Shown here: one piece after another, positions 17,486 to 26,784 of the stretch | Layout of the letters: each line of letters starts with the position of its first letter | Position numbering within the stretch: the first letter of the stretch is position 1 | NCBI GenBank assembly: GCA_023402015.1 | Contig: JAEXCU010000015.1 | Span: forward strand, 825 to 64,824 | DNA from: Pseudomonadota bacterium | GTDB taxonomy: Bacteria; Pseudomonadota; Alphaproteobacteria; Rs-D84 | Reading direction: 5' to 3' | Length of the DNA: 64,000 bases | Position numbers and translations under genes: made by a program | Notes under the pieces: generated by a model | The model's input: only the letters and a program-made list of their open reading frames with translations | The model's database searches: none | Told to the model about the DNA's origin: nothing

Positions 17486-19279
17486 TTAACGTGTGCGTAT
17501 TTTATTATTTAAAAAATCTATTTTTGCGCGAATTCGGGCATGATGTGGAATATTGTCCACCAATCGCGCAGAAATAAATTCTGTGGCGGCGGCAATTTGT
17601 GGGGCGGTGTATTTTCGTAAAACAATACTTAAATCATCCCAGCCCTGATAAATTACCGTGTTAACAATTTTCGTCATATATGAATGTGACCAGTGTTGAT
17701 AATTTATTCGTATTGCCCCACAATCTGTCAGTGTGTTTCCATTGCAATTACCGCCACTTTCAAAATCAAACATTTGATATCGTTTAAAACAACCATACGG
17801 GTCGCGTGGTGTCGCAGATTGGGTTCCGTCTGAATATGGATAAATCAGATATTTTTCACCACGCTGGTGGCTGATACCGGCGGTGGCCATTTTACGAAAA
17901 TGTATTTTACCGTGGTATTTTTTTCCACCCACCAAGAACGAATTTTGCAATTCTGTGTCATGTGCCCATGATTTTAAATAACCTGTGCCGCGGTCGCAGT
18001 GATAAATTTTCCATACGTAATCCGGCGCGCCGGGGACGATGATACGATATGCCTTGGTAAAATTCCCGGAACCCAAATACCCAATTTTTACCGGTTGCTT
18101 TATCAATTTTTGGATGTTTGTCGCCAATGTTTTTAACTCGCCCTGGAACATTTCCGCAATTTCATTGCGATTGTCGGGCGAATACATCCGCGTCGTGGCA
18201 TTGCGAAAATATTCGTGCAGTTTTTTTGTTATTGCACCGCGTTGTGATTTTGGTACGGTGCGCAGCCAGTCATACGGAAATGCACCGGGATTTTTATAGT
18301 TCGCCGCAACAATTGCATACATATAATCGTTGTTAATCGGTTTATGTTTCAGCAATTTTGTACACGACCCAAATTCATTCGCCGTCGCATTTGTTATTGG
18401 CATAACAATCCGGGCCAGTTCGCCCAGGGACAATTGGGTTAATTCCCATGGTGTGGTGCAGATATTATATTTCTTTAAATATGCCTTTATTCCCGAAACA
18501 AACATTGGAATTTGTTCGCAATATTGTGCCATTTGGCGCCGCACGGCGGGCGATATTGTCTTGGCCCCAGATAATGAACATTGCGCCGCATCAGATAAAA
18601 CTTGTTCTATGTCCGATTGTGATATTGTGGATGTTCCGCGAATATTTTGTATCCACAATTCGCGCCGAAAATTAAACAGTAATGCGCCCCGACGGGCACT
18701 GTCCATTGCGGTTTGCGGGGTGGATTCCACATATGTGTGGTTGTGGAATTGAATGCCCGTATAATTGCGACCACAAATGCCGTTTTCGTTAAACTTTAAT
18801 GATACCAGGTTTAATATTTTAATCCCTGCAATACTTCGGCGCCCCAGTTCATGATAATGTTTTCCGCGATATTGACTTACCGGATAAATTTGCGGCATGC
18901 CGTCCGCACCACACCGAATAATTGTGGTCAGATTTGGTCCGACACCCGGCATAAATGGCAAAATCTGATGCCAAGCAGACGGTATTTGCAATGTACGTAT
19001 ATTTGGGCACATGGAAAATGCAGAATTTTTTATGGTGGTCAGCCCACGCCCCAGGCACAGTGTGTCTAGGTCCGGGTTATTACAAAATATATCGCCATTG
19101 ATTTTATTCATAGAATCTGGCAAATACACCGCGCGCAATCCCGGCAATGCATTCCCCACGCCGTCTGCAATGTGTTTTATGCCGTCGGGAATGCGCAAAG
19201 TACCACGCGCATCTAAATCTGTTTCATTTACGGATAAAAGTGTGTCGCCGTTAATAATCATACCTGTATAATTGCACAA
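17486..19279 (-). CDS. BspA-type leucine-rich-repeat protein with C-terminal kinase-like region
   Basis: N-terminus LRIPDGIKHIADGVGNALPGLRAVYLPDSMNKINGDIFCNNPDLDTLCLGRGLTTIKNSAFSMCPNIRTLQIP fits LRR_5/BspA periodicity. The C-terminus has LGSGNFTKAY (G-loop-like), VWKIY (Lys), FDFESGGNCNGN and TDCG (catalytic/DFG-like). Confidence 0.55.
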   Translation of the reverse strand: MCNYTGMIINGDTLLSVNETDLDARGTLRIPDGIKHIADGVGNALPGLRAVYLPDSMNKINGDIFCNNPDLDTLCLGRGLTTIKNSAFSMCPNIRTLQIPSAWHQILPFMPGVGPNLTTIIRCGADGMPQIYPVSQYRGKHYHELGRRSIAGIKILNLVSLKFNENGICGRNYTGIQFHNHTYVESTPQTAMDSARRGALLFNFRRELWIQNIRGTSTISQSDIEQVLSDAAQCSLSGAKTISPAVRRQMAQYCEQIPMFVSGIKAYLKKYNICTTPWELTQLSLGELARIVMPITNATANEFGSCTKLLKHKPINNDYMYAIVAANYKNPGAFPYDWLRTVPKSQRGAITKKLHEYFRNATTRMYSPDNRNEIAEMFQGELKTLATNIQKLIKQPVKIGYLGSGNFTKAYRIIVPGAPDYVWKIYHCDRGTGYLKSWAHDTELQNSFLVGGKKYHGKIHFRKMATAGISHQRGEKYLIYPYSDGTQSATPRDPYGCFKRYQMFDFESGGNCNGNTLTDCGAIRINYQHWSHSYMTKIVNTVIYQGWDDLSIVLRKYTAPQIAAATEFISARLVDNIPHHARIRAKIDFLNNKIRTR

Positions 19280-19390
19280 ATCGTTGTTTTGTCAATAAAT
19301 TATAGGTGCGCGAAATCAAAAATTATTGCGCGATGATTTTTATCTTTCCAGTGGACAATTTTTATGTTAAAATTGTACCTAAGAGAGAAT

Positions 19391-21349
19391 ATGAAACATC
19401 TGGCCAGATTTTTATTATTTGCGATTGCATTGGTGTCTGCGGACGGCTTTGCGTCGCCTGTTCCATCCACATTGGGCAGTAATTTAACCGCATACAACGG
19501 CGGGTCCGGCGCAACCAACAATAACAATTGGAATACATTAATGAACAACCGCACTGGCGGCGCAAACGCGCCCACGGCGGATTTTGGTAATTGTAATGCA
19601 TTAATTTTGCGGTGCGCACAACCAAAATGTGCAACCGGTGGATGTACCAGTATGGATGTTGCGCGCCCAATCGTTTCCGGTTGCGTACAATCCAATGAAA
19701 CATGCAAACAATATGGTAATGATTTAATAGAATATATTTCTGCGCAATTGGTGGCCAGTTCAACGGCCAAGGCCAATGCCCAGAACGCCGCCGCGCAAAA
19801 TGCGGCCGCCCAGGCCGCGGCCCAACAAAGCGCCCAGCAATTGCAACAAATGCAGGCCCAGATGCAGCAAATGCAATCACAGATGGCCCAGCAAAACGCC
19901 GAAACCGTTGCCCAGTTGCAAAGCGCACTGGAAGAACAAAAACAATTAACGGCCCAGGCCATTGCCGATGCAAACACCGTGGCCCAGCAGACGGCGGGTG
20001 CCCAAGATATTGCCGCAACGGCAATTGACGGATTAACGGGCGCACAAACATCGGCGGCGGCATCTGGGGTGTCGGCCGATGTTTTGGCACGTGAACAAAT
20101 TTCCGGCCAAATATTGTCCAAATTGGAAAATGCCCAAACGGCATTAAAGACATTGCAGGCCGCAATGAACAACACGTTTGAATATGCGGGTTGTGATAAA
20201 AATGGTGATAACTGCGCCGGGCCAAAGCGGGTGAAAGCGTTTAAAAACCGTGCGATGCAGTTCTTTGAACCATATAACGATGTGTTGGATGAATTATATG
20301 ATGCATTAATAATGGCCCAATCATTGGGTGTTGATATTACGGATATTTACATGATGCTGAACGGAACATGCAACGCATGGGCCCAGTATTTATGTGGTCC
20401 CGGCCAGGTTATGCATTACACAACGGCCAATTGCAAAAATGGTCGCAGTGTGCCCGAGGCCGTACCGTCATCATACACAGCCGAACAAAGAAGGAGTTTT
20501 GGAACCGTTCGCGGTGGTGCCCGTTGTGAAATCGGCCAGGTTGTACCAATGAGCGACGGTGGATGCCAGTTGGCCAAAATGTTAACCAGTGATGAAGAGG
20601 TTCGTCGTGATTGGTTGTACCCCGACGAAGGTACCCAACCGGGTGTAGAGGTTCGTGTTGGTTGCGCGTCCGAGGCATTGGAAAATTCCGCATTATTCCG
20701 CAACCGTAAAAAACAGGCAACAATTGACATTGAAACATTGCAACGCATTATTGAACAGGATGCGCCCGCCGTATATGGCACCAGCAGACTCAGCAACGGC
20801 ACAAAACCCAATCCAGATGGGGTAAAATTCTGCGCGGTAAATGCGGACAGCCTGCAAGAATTACAAAAATCGGTCAGTTTAAAACAATTGCCCAAGAAAG
20901 TCTGTGTGAATGATGATTATTTAAAAAGAACATGGGAAAACAATGGTGCGATTACGATTGCAACGGCATCGGGCACAACATCGTCATCACAATCAACATC
21001 ATCCGGTTTGGCAATTTTGGATTGCACCAGTTCATTATGGAAAAATTCTGATGAATGCAAATGTCGCGTTTCTGGTGGCAGTTGGTGGGGTACGGGATGT
21101 TCATGTCCACAGTTTTATAAACTTGTTAATAACGAATGCCAGTTCCAATTGGGCAGTAATTATAATTTTGGAACCAGTGATAGTTTAAATTCAATGACGT
21201 CTGGTGTACCAAAAAACGTTGACTTTATGCAACAGACTTGTGAACAAAAGAATGGCACGTATCGTGATGGTAAATGTTATTGCGGTGAGAACGTAATGAC
21301 AATTGGAACATGTGAATTTCAAGGATTAAAAAAAGTCATAAGATTATAA
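19391..21349 (+). CDS. 652-aa secreted Cys-rich protein with Q/A-rich coiled coil
   Basis: Start at MKHLARF after RBS aagagag. Signal peptide. NCNALILRCAQPKCATGGC (C-x6-C-x4-C-x4-C). AQNAAAQNAAAQAAAQQSAQQLQQMQAQMQQMQSQMAQQ tract. EGF-like Cys spacing at the C-terminus. Confidence 0.7.
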   Translation: MKHLARFLLFAIALVSADGFASPVPSTLGSNLTAYNGGSGATNNNNWNTLMNNRTGGANAPTADFGNCNALILRCAQPKCATGGCTSMDVARPIVSGCVQSNETCKQYGNDLIEYISAQLVASSTAKANAQNAAAQNAAAQAAAQQSAQQLQQMQAQMQQMQSQMAQQNAETVAQLQSALEEQKQLTAQAIADANTVAQQTAGAQDIAATAIDGLTGAQTSAAASGVSADVLAREQISGQILSKLENAQTALKTLQAAMNNTFEYAGCDKNGDNCAGPKRVKAFKNRAMQFFEPYNDVLDELYDALIMAQSLGVDITDIYMMLNGTCNAWAQYLCGPGQVMHYTTANCKNGRSVPEAVPSSYTAEQRRSFGTVRGGARCEIGQVVPMSDGGCQLAKMLTSDEEVRRDWLYPDEGTQPGVEVRVGCASEALENSALFRNRKKQATIDIETLQRIIEQDAPAVYGTSRLSNGTKPNPDGVKFCAVNADSLQELQKSVSLKQLPKKVCVNDDYLKRTWENNGAITIATASGTTSSSQSTSSGLAILDCTSSLWKNSDECKCRVSGGSWWGTGCSCPQFYKLVNNECQFQLGSNYNFGTSDSLNSMTSGVPKNVDFMQQTCEQKNGTYRDGKCYCGENVMTIGTCEFQGLKKVIRL

Positions 21350-21357
21350 AAATAATA

Positions 21358-22125
21358 ATGAATAAAAAAAATAAAATCTTTGCTGGAATTTACACAATCA
21401 CAAAACAAATGCGATTTGCATTTTTCGTTATTTGTTTGTGTGCGGTATCGGGTAATGTTTATGCGGCGGATAATGGTTGTATGGATGAAGATAATGACCG
21501 CATAACACCGGAATTGGCGTTATGCAGCACCCATGTTTTTAATATCGGCGATGTCAGCAATCCGGCCAATGATAACGACAAACAATTAATGCGCGACGTT
21601 GTTGCGTTAAAGACAACCGTCATGACGCAACAGATGAAAAAGCAATATGATTATCTTGAGGCCACAATTCGTCGCTTTAAGACCCAGTTGGAAAAGGCGA
21701 TTCTGACCACCAAATTACAGGCCGCGGGTGCCACGGATGATAATTCCGGTGGCGGGGCCAGTGCATCGCGCGATAAAAATGTTGTTTTAATTGGCGCAGA
21801 AAATTGCATGCTGAAAAGTTCTACGTCCGCGGGTCTGACATGTATCCAAAGTAATATTCGTATTGTTTTACAGGCCGTCAGTGCCGGCAACGTAGGCGAG
21901 GCATATCGTCAATTGCAAAAAGATTTGGGCTTTGCCAACAGTTATGGCGTTAAATGCGGTGGCAATCAATGCGATACATATGAAAAATGCAAAGATTTAC
22001 GCGCCAACCGCGAAAAAGTAAACGATTGCGCATATCAGTTGAATATTGCCGTTATGCAAAAGATAGAAGAGGCATCGCGCCAGCAACAAAATAATCGCCA
22101 GAATGGCAATAACATGTTTCAGTAA
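21358..22125 (+). CDS. secreted hypothetical protein (255 aa)
   Basis: Hydrophobic signal-like segment FAFFVICLCAVSGNVYA, scattered Cys, Q/N-rich tail. Starts 9 nt after the upstream gene, so likely co-transcribed. Confidence 0.55.
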   Translation: MNKKNKIFAGIYTITKQMRFAFFVICLCAVSGNVYAADNGCMDEDNDRITPELALCSTHVFNIGDVSNPANDNDKQLMRDVVALKTTVMTQQMKKQYDYLEATIRRFKTQLEKAILTTKLQAAGATDDNSGGGASASRDKNVVLIGAENCMLKSSTSAGLTCIQSNIRIVLQAVSAGNVGEAYRQLQKDLGFANSYGVKCGGNQCDTYEKCKDLRANREKVNDCAYQLNIAVMQKIEEASRQQQNNRQNGNNMFQ

Positions 22126-22146
22126 TACACAGAATAATCAGGTGTC

Positions 22147-22175
22147 AAAATCCCCGCCATACGCGGGGATTTTTT
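22147..22175 (+). terminator. rho-independent terminator
   Basis: aaaatccccgccatacgcggggattttt. Confidence 0.75.
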
Positions 22176-22505
22176 CGTGATACGTGAAACGTGATACGTT
22201 TTCCCCCATTGTCATTGCGAGCCACGATAGTGGCGTGGCAATCAATATATAAAGTTGCAAAGTTCATTAAATGACTGGATTGCTTCACTACGTTCGCAAT
22301 GACAATGTTGGCACGTAAATATCTTCTCTGTCATTGCGAGGGACGCCAGTCCCGTGGCAATCCATAAATAAAGCGGCACAATTCATTAAATAACTGGATT
22401 GCTTCACTTCGTTCGCAATGACAAGGGGGACCAAAACATATCTACTATGTCATTACGGGCGCACATGTCGCGGCCACACAAAGTGTGGTCGGACGGCAAT
22501 CCAGC
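22176..22505. repeat. repeat island: CGTGATACG motif followed by 95-bp palindromic GTCATTGCGAG units
   Basis: cgtgatacgtgaaacgtgatacg at 22176..22198. Full units at 22210..22304 and 22329..22423. Degenerate half unit at about 22448..22505. Confidence 0.85.
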
Positions 22506-22567
22506 CCCGGCAACATTTATACCAGATTTTAATGGAATTGTTTCCGGAATTCGTGTATAATATGTCA

Positions 22568-22985
22568 GAATCCATAGGGATATGGATTCGGGGCCTTCAA
22601 AAAGCCTACCTAGTACGGTGCGAAAGTATCGTTATCCGATGTAATTGGTGCCATTCGCACCGTTATATCCCCGCACATAAATGGTCGGGGAGCCATTGGT
22701 TATAAAACACGGGCAACCGAAAGACCAATGGGGTCATTACTAGGTGATTTTTTGAACTCCCCGACCGCCCAGGTTCTCTCCCGGCGGTCTTTTCATTGGG
22801 AAATACGGGCACAACTGAAAGAAACAGAATAACAGAAATACTTCGTTGCCTGATTTCCCAGCCTATGCGGGGTTTGGTCAGATTCCTAATCAGCAAATTG
22901 TTTCTTTTCCTGCCCCGCACTTTTTTTATGGGGACAATTAAATACGGTGCGCAAAACACGACTAAGGTATTTGTCCCCCACCGGG
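22568..22985 (+). ncRNA. structured RNA of unknown class, copy 1 (5' core 22568..22794 plus conserved 3' domain)
   Basis: Putative promoter tggaat-17-tataat (-10 at 22556..22561). Helices: 22568-76/22581-89 (GGGA loop), 22615-24/22654-63, 22683-92/22757-66, 22693-700/22724-31, terminator-like 22763-89, and 22797-811/22847-60. All are preserved in copy 2 with compensatory changes. Confidence 0.6.
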
Positions 22986-22996
22986 TTATCGCCCAT

Positions 22997-23383
22997 TGTC
23001 ATTGCCCACCCGATAGTGGCGTGGCAATTCAAAAGTAAAGCACCTAAGTTTATTAATTATCTGGATTGCCACGGTCGTTGCACTCCCTCGCAATGACAAA
23101 GATGTGTATGAGTGTTCTTCTCTGTCATTGCGAGCCACGATAGTGGCGTGGCAATCCACAAGTAAAGCAACAAAGTTTATTAATTATCTGGATTGCCACG
23201 GTCGTTGCACTCCCTCGCAATGACAAAGAAAAGGCGCGAAAATTAATTAGAATATATGAAAACAAGCGCAGCGCAGTTTAAATATGTACCAAGGATACGC
23301 GCAGGCACAAAGTGCCCAGCGACAATGGCAGCATGTAAATATCTTCTCTGTCATTGCGAGCCACGATAGTGGCGTGGCAATCT
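22997..23383. repeat. repeat island: palindromic GTCATTGCGAG...GGCAATCC units
   Basis: Units at 22997..23098 and 23123..23225 (about 102 bp, near-identical). Half unit at 23349..23383. Confidence 0.85.
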
Positions 23384-23427
23384 AGAAAAATGTTTCATTG
23401 GGGGCGCTGGGTTTGCAAACCGTGGAA

Positions 23428-24084
23428 TTATGGTTTTATCAATTCGCCACCTTCGATAATTTCACCACCACCGATTCCGCCACCCAGGATACTGTATTTG
23501 CAATCGTCTGTTAATTGGTATGTGCCCGTGTCATCAGAATATTCGCATGTCTTGCCCAACATGTCAGGTTTGGCGACCTGATAACAATCTGTTATGCCGT
23601 TCGCACCATAATTTAAACTGGCCGAACCGCAATTTTTAAATTCAAATGTATCCGGGTCATAAACCCCGCTGTCGGTTTTTGTATTCCCGGGACATGCCAC
23701 GCATCCATAACCATCGTGATACCAACCACTGCGGCATTTTATTTTTTCACATTCGCATGTTTCTTCATTCAGTGTATTTCCCGCCATACACATCATGGCG
23801 CCGCAGCCAATGCATTCGCATGTGTCCGGATCTTGGTCGCCCATGCATATGTTGGGGCATACGCATTCCCCATTCTGATATACTTTTGGGTCTGCGCATT
23901 CAAATCCTACGCAATAACTGGAATCATAAACGCATCCGTTCGGCAGGCATCCGCCCGCAGGTGCCGGATTTGCACAACGATAACAATCCAAACATTCTGG
24001 GTAAATCATCTGGGCGGCATATGAATTTGTGCCCCATGCCATTGCAATTACCGCGGAATATAAACCGACGTTTGTATTAGGCAT
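23428..24084 (-). CDS. small secreted Cys-rich protein (furin/VSP-like C-x2-G-[YW]..C-x2-C repeats)
   Basis: Signal peptide, about 30 Cys in 218 aa, CRSGWYHDGYGCVACPGNT module, C-terminal DDTGTYQLTDDCKY motif shared with 33486, 35413 and 35743. Confidence 0.65.
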   Translation of the reverse strand: MPNTNVGLYSAVIAMAWGTNSYAAQMIYPECLDCYRCANPAPAGGCLPNGCVYDSSYCVGFECADPKVYQNGECVCPNICMGDQDPDTCECIGCGAMMCMAGNTLNEETCECEKIKCRSGWYHDGYGCVACPGNTKTDSGVYDPDTFEFKNCGSASLNYGANGITDCYQVAKPDMLGKTCEYSDDTGTYQLTDDCKYSILGGGIGGGEIIEGGELIKP

Positions 24085-24305
24085 AAATTCGGAGGATTAA
24101 ATATGAGAGTTTCTGGGATTTTTAAACTTTACATAATGCCAATAATAAACGTCCCTTTGGATTCGGCATTGTGTAATACTGTGTATGCAATAAATTATAT
24201 CGTTATGGGCATGTTTATGCAACATTTTTGTTCATTAACGTGCAGAATTTGCCGCATATAACAAACGCCCCGTGTGGGGCGTTTAATTACGTATTATTGC
24301 GAACA

Positions 24306-25613
24306 CTATGGACACAGGGCCAATTGGTTCAGCACATTCTGAATATCTGTGTTGACAGATACTGTGATTTCACGTTGCAGGCCGTCTGTGTATGTATAAA
24401 AGAACTTTTCATTCGCAAATTCCGGCAGTGTCTGGTAAACCTGTTGGAATGGGGCCAGCATTGCCGTAAACCATTGACGGCCACGGCACAAACATCCATT
24501 GCGAACATCGGCCGCAACCGCCGCCGTTGCCGTATTTGGATATTTTGTATCCAGTTCTGTGTCCGACATCATCAGGCAACGTGCGCCAAATCCATAAAAG
24601 TTCGCATCGTCGGCCATAAATTTGTAAACCAATCCGTCGGATGCGCCCGCCCGTTTCAGCGAATAAACCATTCCGTCGGTGCAACATGCATTTGCCGAAT
24701 TCATCAGCATTTTGTACCGCGCCAGCAATGGTGCCGCCGCCGGATCATTTGCAGTGATGTCCGGATTGCAACGCGCCGCCGCAATAAATACATCCATATT
24801 ATCGGTACGGATTTTTGGACTGCGCGGGGATACGGTTTCGCGGACAATCGGTTTTCTGCGCCAAATTTCGCATTCTGTTTCAGATTCAAACGGGCAACCG
24901 TCTGCGGCCCCAAATGTTATCTGGACCACCTGGGTCATATCCTGGGCGGTGTATTCTGGGCGTGGCGCCGGCAACGACGGTGTTGCCGTTGGTTGTGACG
25001 CGGCCAATGTTGGCGTATTTACCCATAAATTTTCAGATGGTTTTTGCGGGTTCAGTAATTCTTCAATTCTTTCGCGCGTTGCGGCGGCATCTGCCATATT
25101 TTGATTGTATATGGCGACCATGCTGTCTTCGCGGGCAATTTCCACGGGCGTGGTTGACATGGCCGGTACGTCCGCGTCGCGGATATATAATTCATCCATT
25201 GGTTCCAAGAACCAATCACTGAAATCTTTGCTTTTATAACTGACGATTGAATCATCCCAAATCGGCACGCCGTCGCGCCAATCAACCGTTTTGTCGTATC
25301 CGCGCGGTTTGTAATTGTTGCCCGTTCCGTCCCATACCGGTGCGCGATTGTCGGCCGGCACAGGTTTAATGGATAACAATTTCATCTGGCGCATTGGAAT
25401 CTGGTCGGCATAAACGTATTCCGACGGCATCGCATAATTCATCGCCGCAGGTGCGACGGACGGCGCCGTTATTACATCCACAACCGTTGCGTCTGTTATA
25501 ATCGGCTGTGCAATTGGGGCAATGTTGCATCCCGCACCAATGCAATCAGATGCATGACCTGGAATCCCGCACAAACACAGCAGTGAAGAAAATATAGCAA
25601 TTTTAGTTTTCAT
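24306..25613 (-). CDS. secreted hypothetical protein (435 aa)
   Basis: Start at MKTKIAIFSSLLCLCGIPGHA (ATG 25613). Pro/Thr-rich middle and Cys-containing C-terminal domain. No family recognised. Confidence 0.6.
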   Translation of the reverse strand: MKTKIAIFSSLLCLCGIPGHASDCIGAGCNIAPIAQPIITDATVVDVITAPSVAPAAMNYAMPSEYVYADQIPMRQMKLLSIKPVPADNRAPVWDGTGNNYKPRGYDKTVDWRDGVPIWDDSIVSYKSKDFSDWFLEPMDELYIRDADVPAMSTTPVEIAREDSMVAIYNQNMADAAATRERIEELLNPQKPSENLWVNTPTLAASQPTATPSLPAPRPEYTAQDMTQVVQITFGAADGCPFESETECEIWRRKPIVRETVSPRSPKIRTDNMDVFIAAARCNPDITANDPAAAPLLARYKMLMNSANACCTDGMVYSLKRAGASDGLVYKFMADDANFYGFGARCLMMSDTELDTKYPNTATAAVAADVRNGCLCRGRQWFTAMLAPFQQVYQTLPEFANEKFFYTYTDGLQREITVSVNTDIQNVLNQLALCP

Positions 25614-25698
25614 AATACGAATCATATCATAAAAATACTGTCTTTGAAAATACAAAATTAATTCGGCATTTATTCATTTTGCGCAATTTTCAGTATTC

Positions 25699-26550
25699 TT
25701 GTATCGTTATTCGTGGCGGGGAAAGAAATTGAGAAAATTTTTTGCATCTTTTTTAATTATCACCGTTTCATTATCTGCGCGGAAATCATATGGCCTGGCG
25801 GGATTGCAATTGGGCGTTGGTGCATCGGCAACCGGCGGGGTAAATGTTATTGCGGGATACGCCAATCGCAATTCAGACGCATGGTTTTGGCGAAAATTTG
25901 GGTTCAGGGCGGATTTTTCATCCACCACGCCCGTTAAATCAACAATGAACGCGGTGGTTCGCGCCGTTATGGGCGACGGTGTGCATGCCGGAACAGGACT
26001 GGAAATATACCAAGGCGAAATTTATTCGCGCAGTGCGGCCGCATTGGTGGACTTTTATCCCGTGGCCGGCGGTAAATTCTGGCGCGGGTTTCGTTTAACG
26101 GGCGGATTTGCGGGCGGTGTTTTATCATTAAATACAAAATTAACCGGCCCATATCATGCCGCACCACCCGATGCATTTGTTTTTAAGATATTTGGTACAT
26201 ACTATTATTACGCGGGCAATGTTGTAAATGGCACGGCGAAAATAGATTGGAATTATTCTGGGGCGTACTTTGGTATGGGCTATGAAACGGGATTTTGGAA
26301 CAATTTCGCCATTTATTTGGATGTTGGCGCGGTTTTCAGTGGCCGGGCGGCGCATTTATCACTGAATATGCCCTTTAAAAACCTGTACCAATATGATGAA
26401 CAGACGGGAACCTGGCAAAGTGTTAACAGTCCTCAATTACAAAGAACCGTAGATAAAATAAAAAATCAGGCGGTTATGGATGCCAATGATGAATTATCCC
26501 GAAAAAAGATATTGCCCGTGGTGAAAATTGGCTTTCTGTATCGGTTTTAA
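25699..26550 (+). CDS. outer-membrane beta-barrel-like protein
   Basis: Signal-like FFASFLIITVSLSA, alternating Gly/aromatic beta-strand pattern, terminal ...IGFLYRF ending in Phe. True start may be the in-frame TTG at 25729. Confidence 0.55.
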   Translation: MYRYSWRGKKLRKFFASFLIITVSLSARKSYGLAGLQLGVGASATGGVNVIAGYANRNSDAWFWRKFGFRADFSSTTPVKSTMNAVVRAVMGDGVHAGTGLEIYQGEIYSRSAAALVDFYPVAGGKFWRGFRLTGGFAGGVLSLNTKLTGPYHAAPPDAFVFKIFGTYYYYAGNVVNGTAKIDWNYSGAYFGMGYETGFWNNFAIYLDVGAVFSGRAAHLSLNMPFKNLYQYDEQTGTWQSVNSPQLQRTVDKIKNQAVMDANDELSRKKILPVVKIGFLYRF

Positions 26551-26755
26551 TGTGCGAATCGGTGAAAAAGCGCACCGGGCGCATCAAATCCGAATCATAT
26601 TTTGGTGCCATCCGAATCATTTTTGGGCCCCAAAAAGAAAAAAAACGAAAAAAAATGAAAATTATTTTATTTTGTAAAAATGGCGGAAATCCGGCGTTTT
26701 TCCTATTGTTTTGGTGGCGGGACAAATTATTTTAAATTTATTTTTTAAAAAGCGC

Positions 26756-26784
26756 TTGACTTTTTCCTGGTTCCAGTTCATACT
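26756..26784 (+). promoter_or_regulatory. candidate rRNA promoter (TTGACT-17-CATACT) with A/T-rich UP region
   Basis: gcgcttgact at 26752..26761 is nearly identical to acgcttgact upstream of rplU. A long A/T tract lies at 26630..26750. Confidence 0.45.

Noticed and set aside
19300-20225. Two long minus-strand ORFs (291 and 287 aa) overlapping the 5' half of the 19391..21349 gene
   Set aside because: They are antisense shadows of the GC-rich Q/A-repeat coiled-coil region. Their translations are low-complexity (Cys/Ala/Trp- or Arg/Pro-rich) with no start context. The plus-strand gene has an RBS, a signal peptide and family motifs.
22540-22985. Possibility that the duplicated structured RNA is tmRNA (two-piece alphaproteobacterial form), RNase P RNA or 6S RNA
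   Set aside because: It lacks a tRNA-like T-arm/CCA acceptor piece and a GGUUUCGACGGGG-type 5' end. It has no recognisable tag ORF, no GAGGAAAGUCCGGGC or other RNase P core sequence, and is not a single long bulged hairpin. Two divergent copies would also be unexpected for those genes. This is a judgement by eye only, so cmscan is still needed.
22176-23383. Repeat islands as a CRISPR array
   Set aside because: The units are 95-108-bp imperfect palindromes with variable arms, irregular spacing and both orientations. There are no short, constant direct repeats separated by unique spacers, and no cas genes in the window.
24228-25285. Plus-strand ORFs (256, 141 and 135 aa) opposite the 24306..25613 gene
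   Set aside because: They are shadow ORFs with Arg/Cys-rich odd composition. The minus-strand frame has a signal peptide and a continuous 435-aa ORF.
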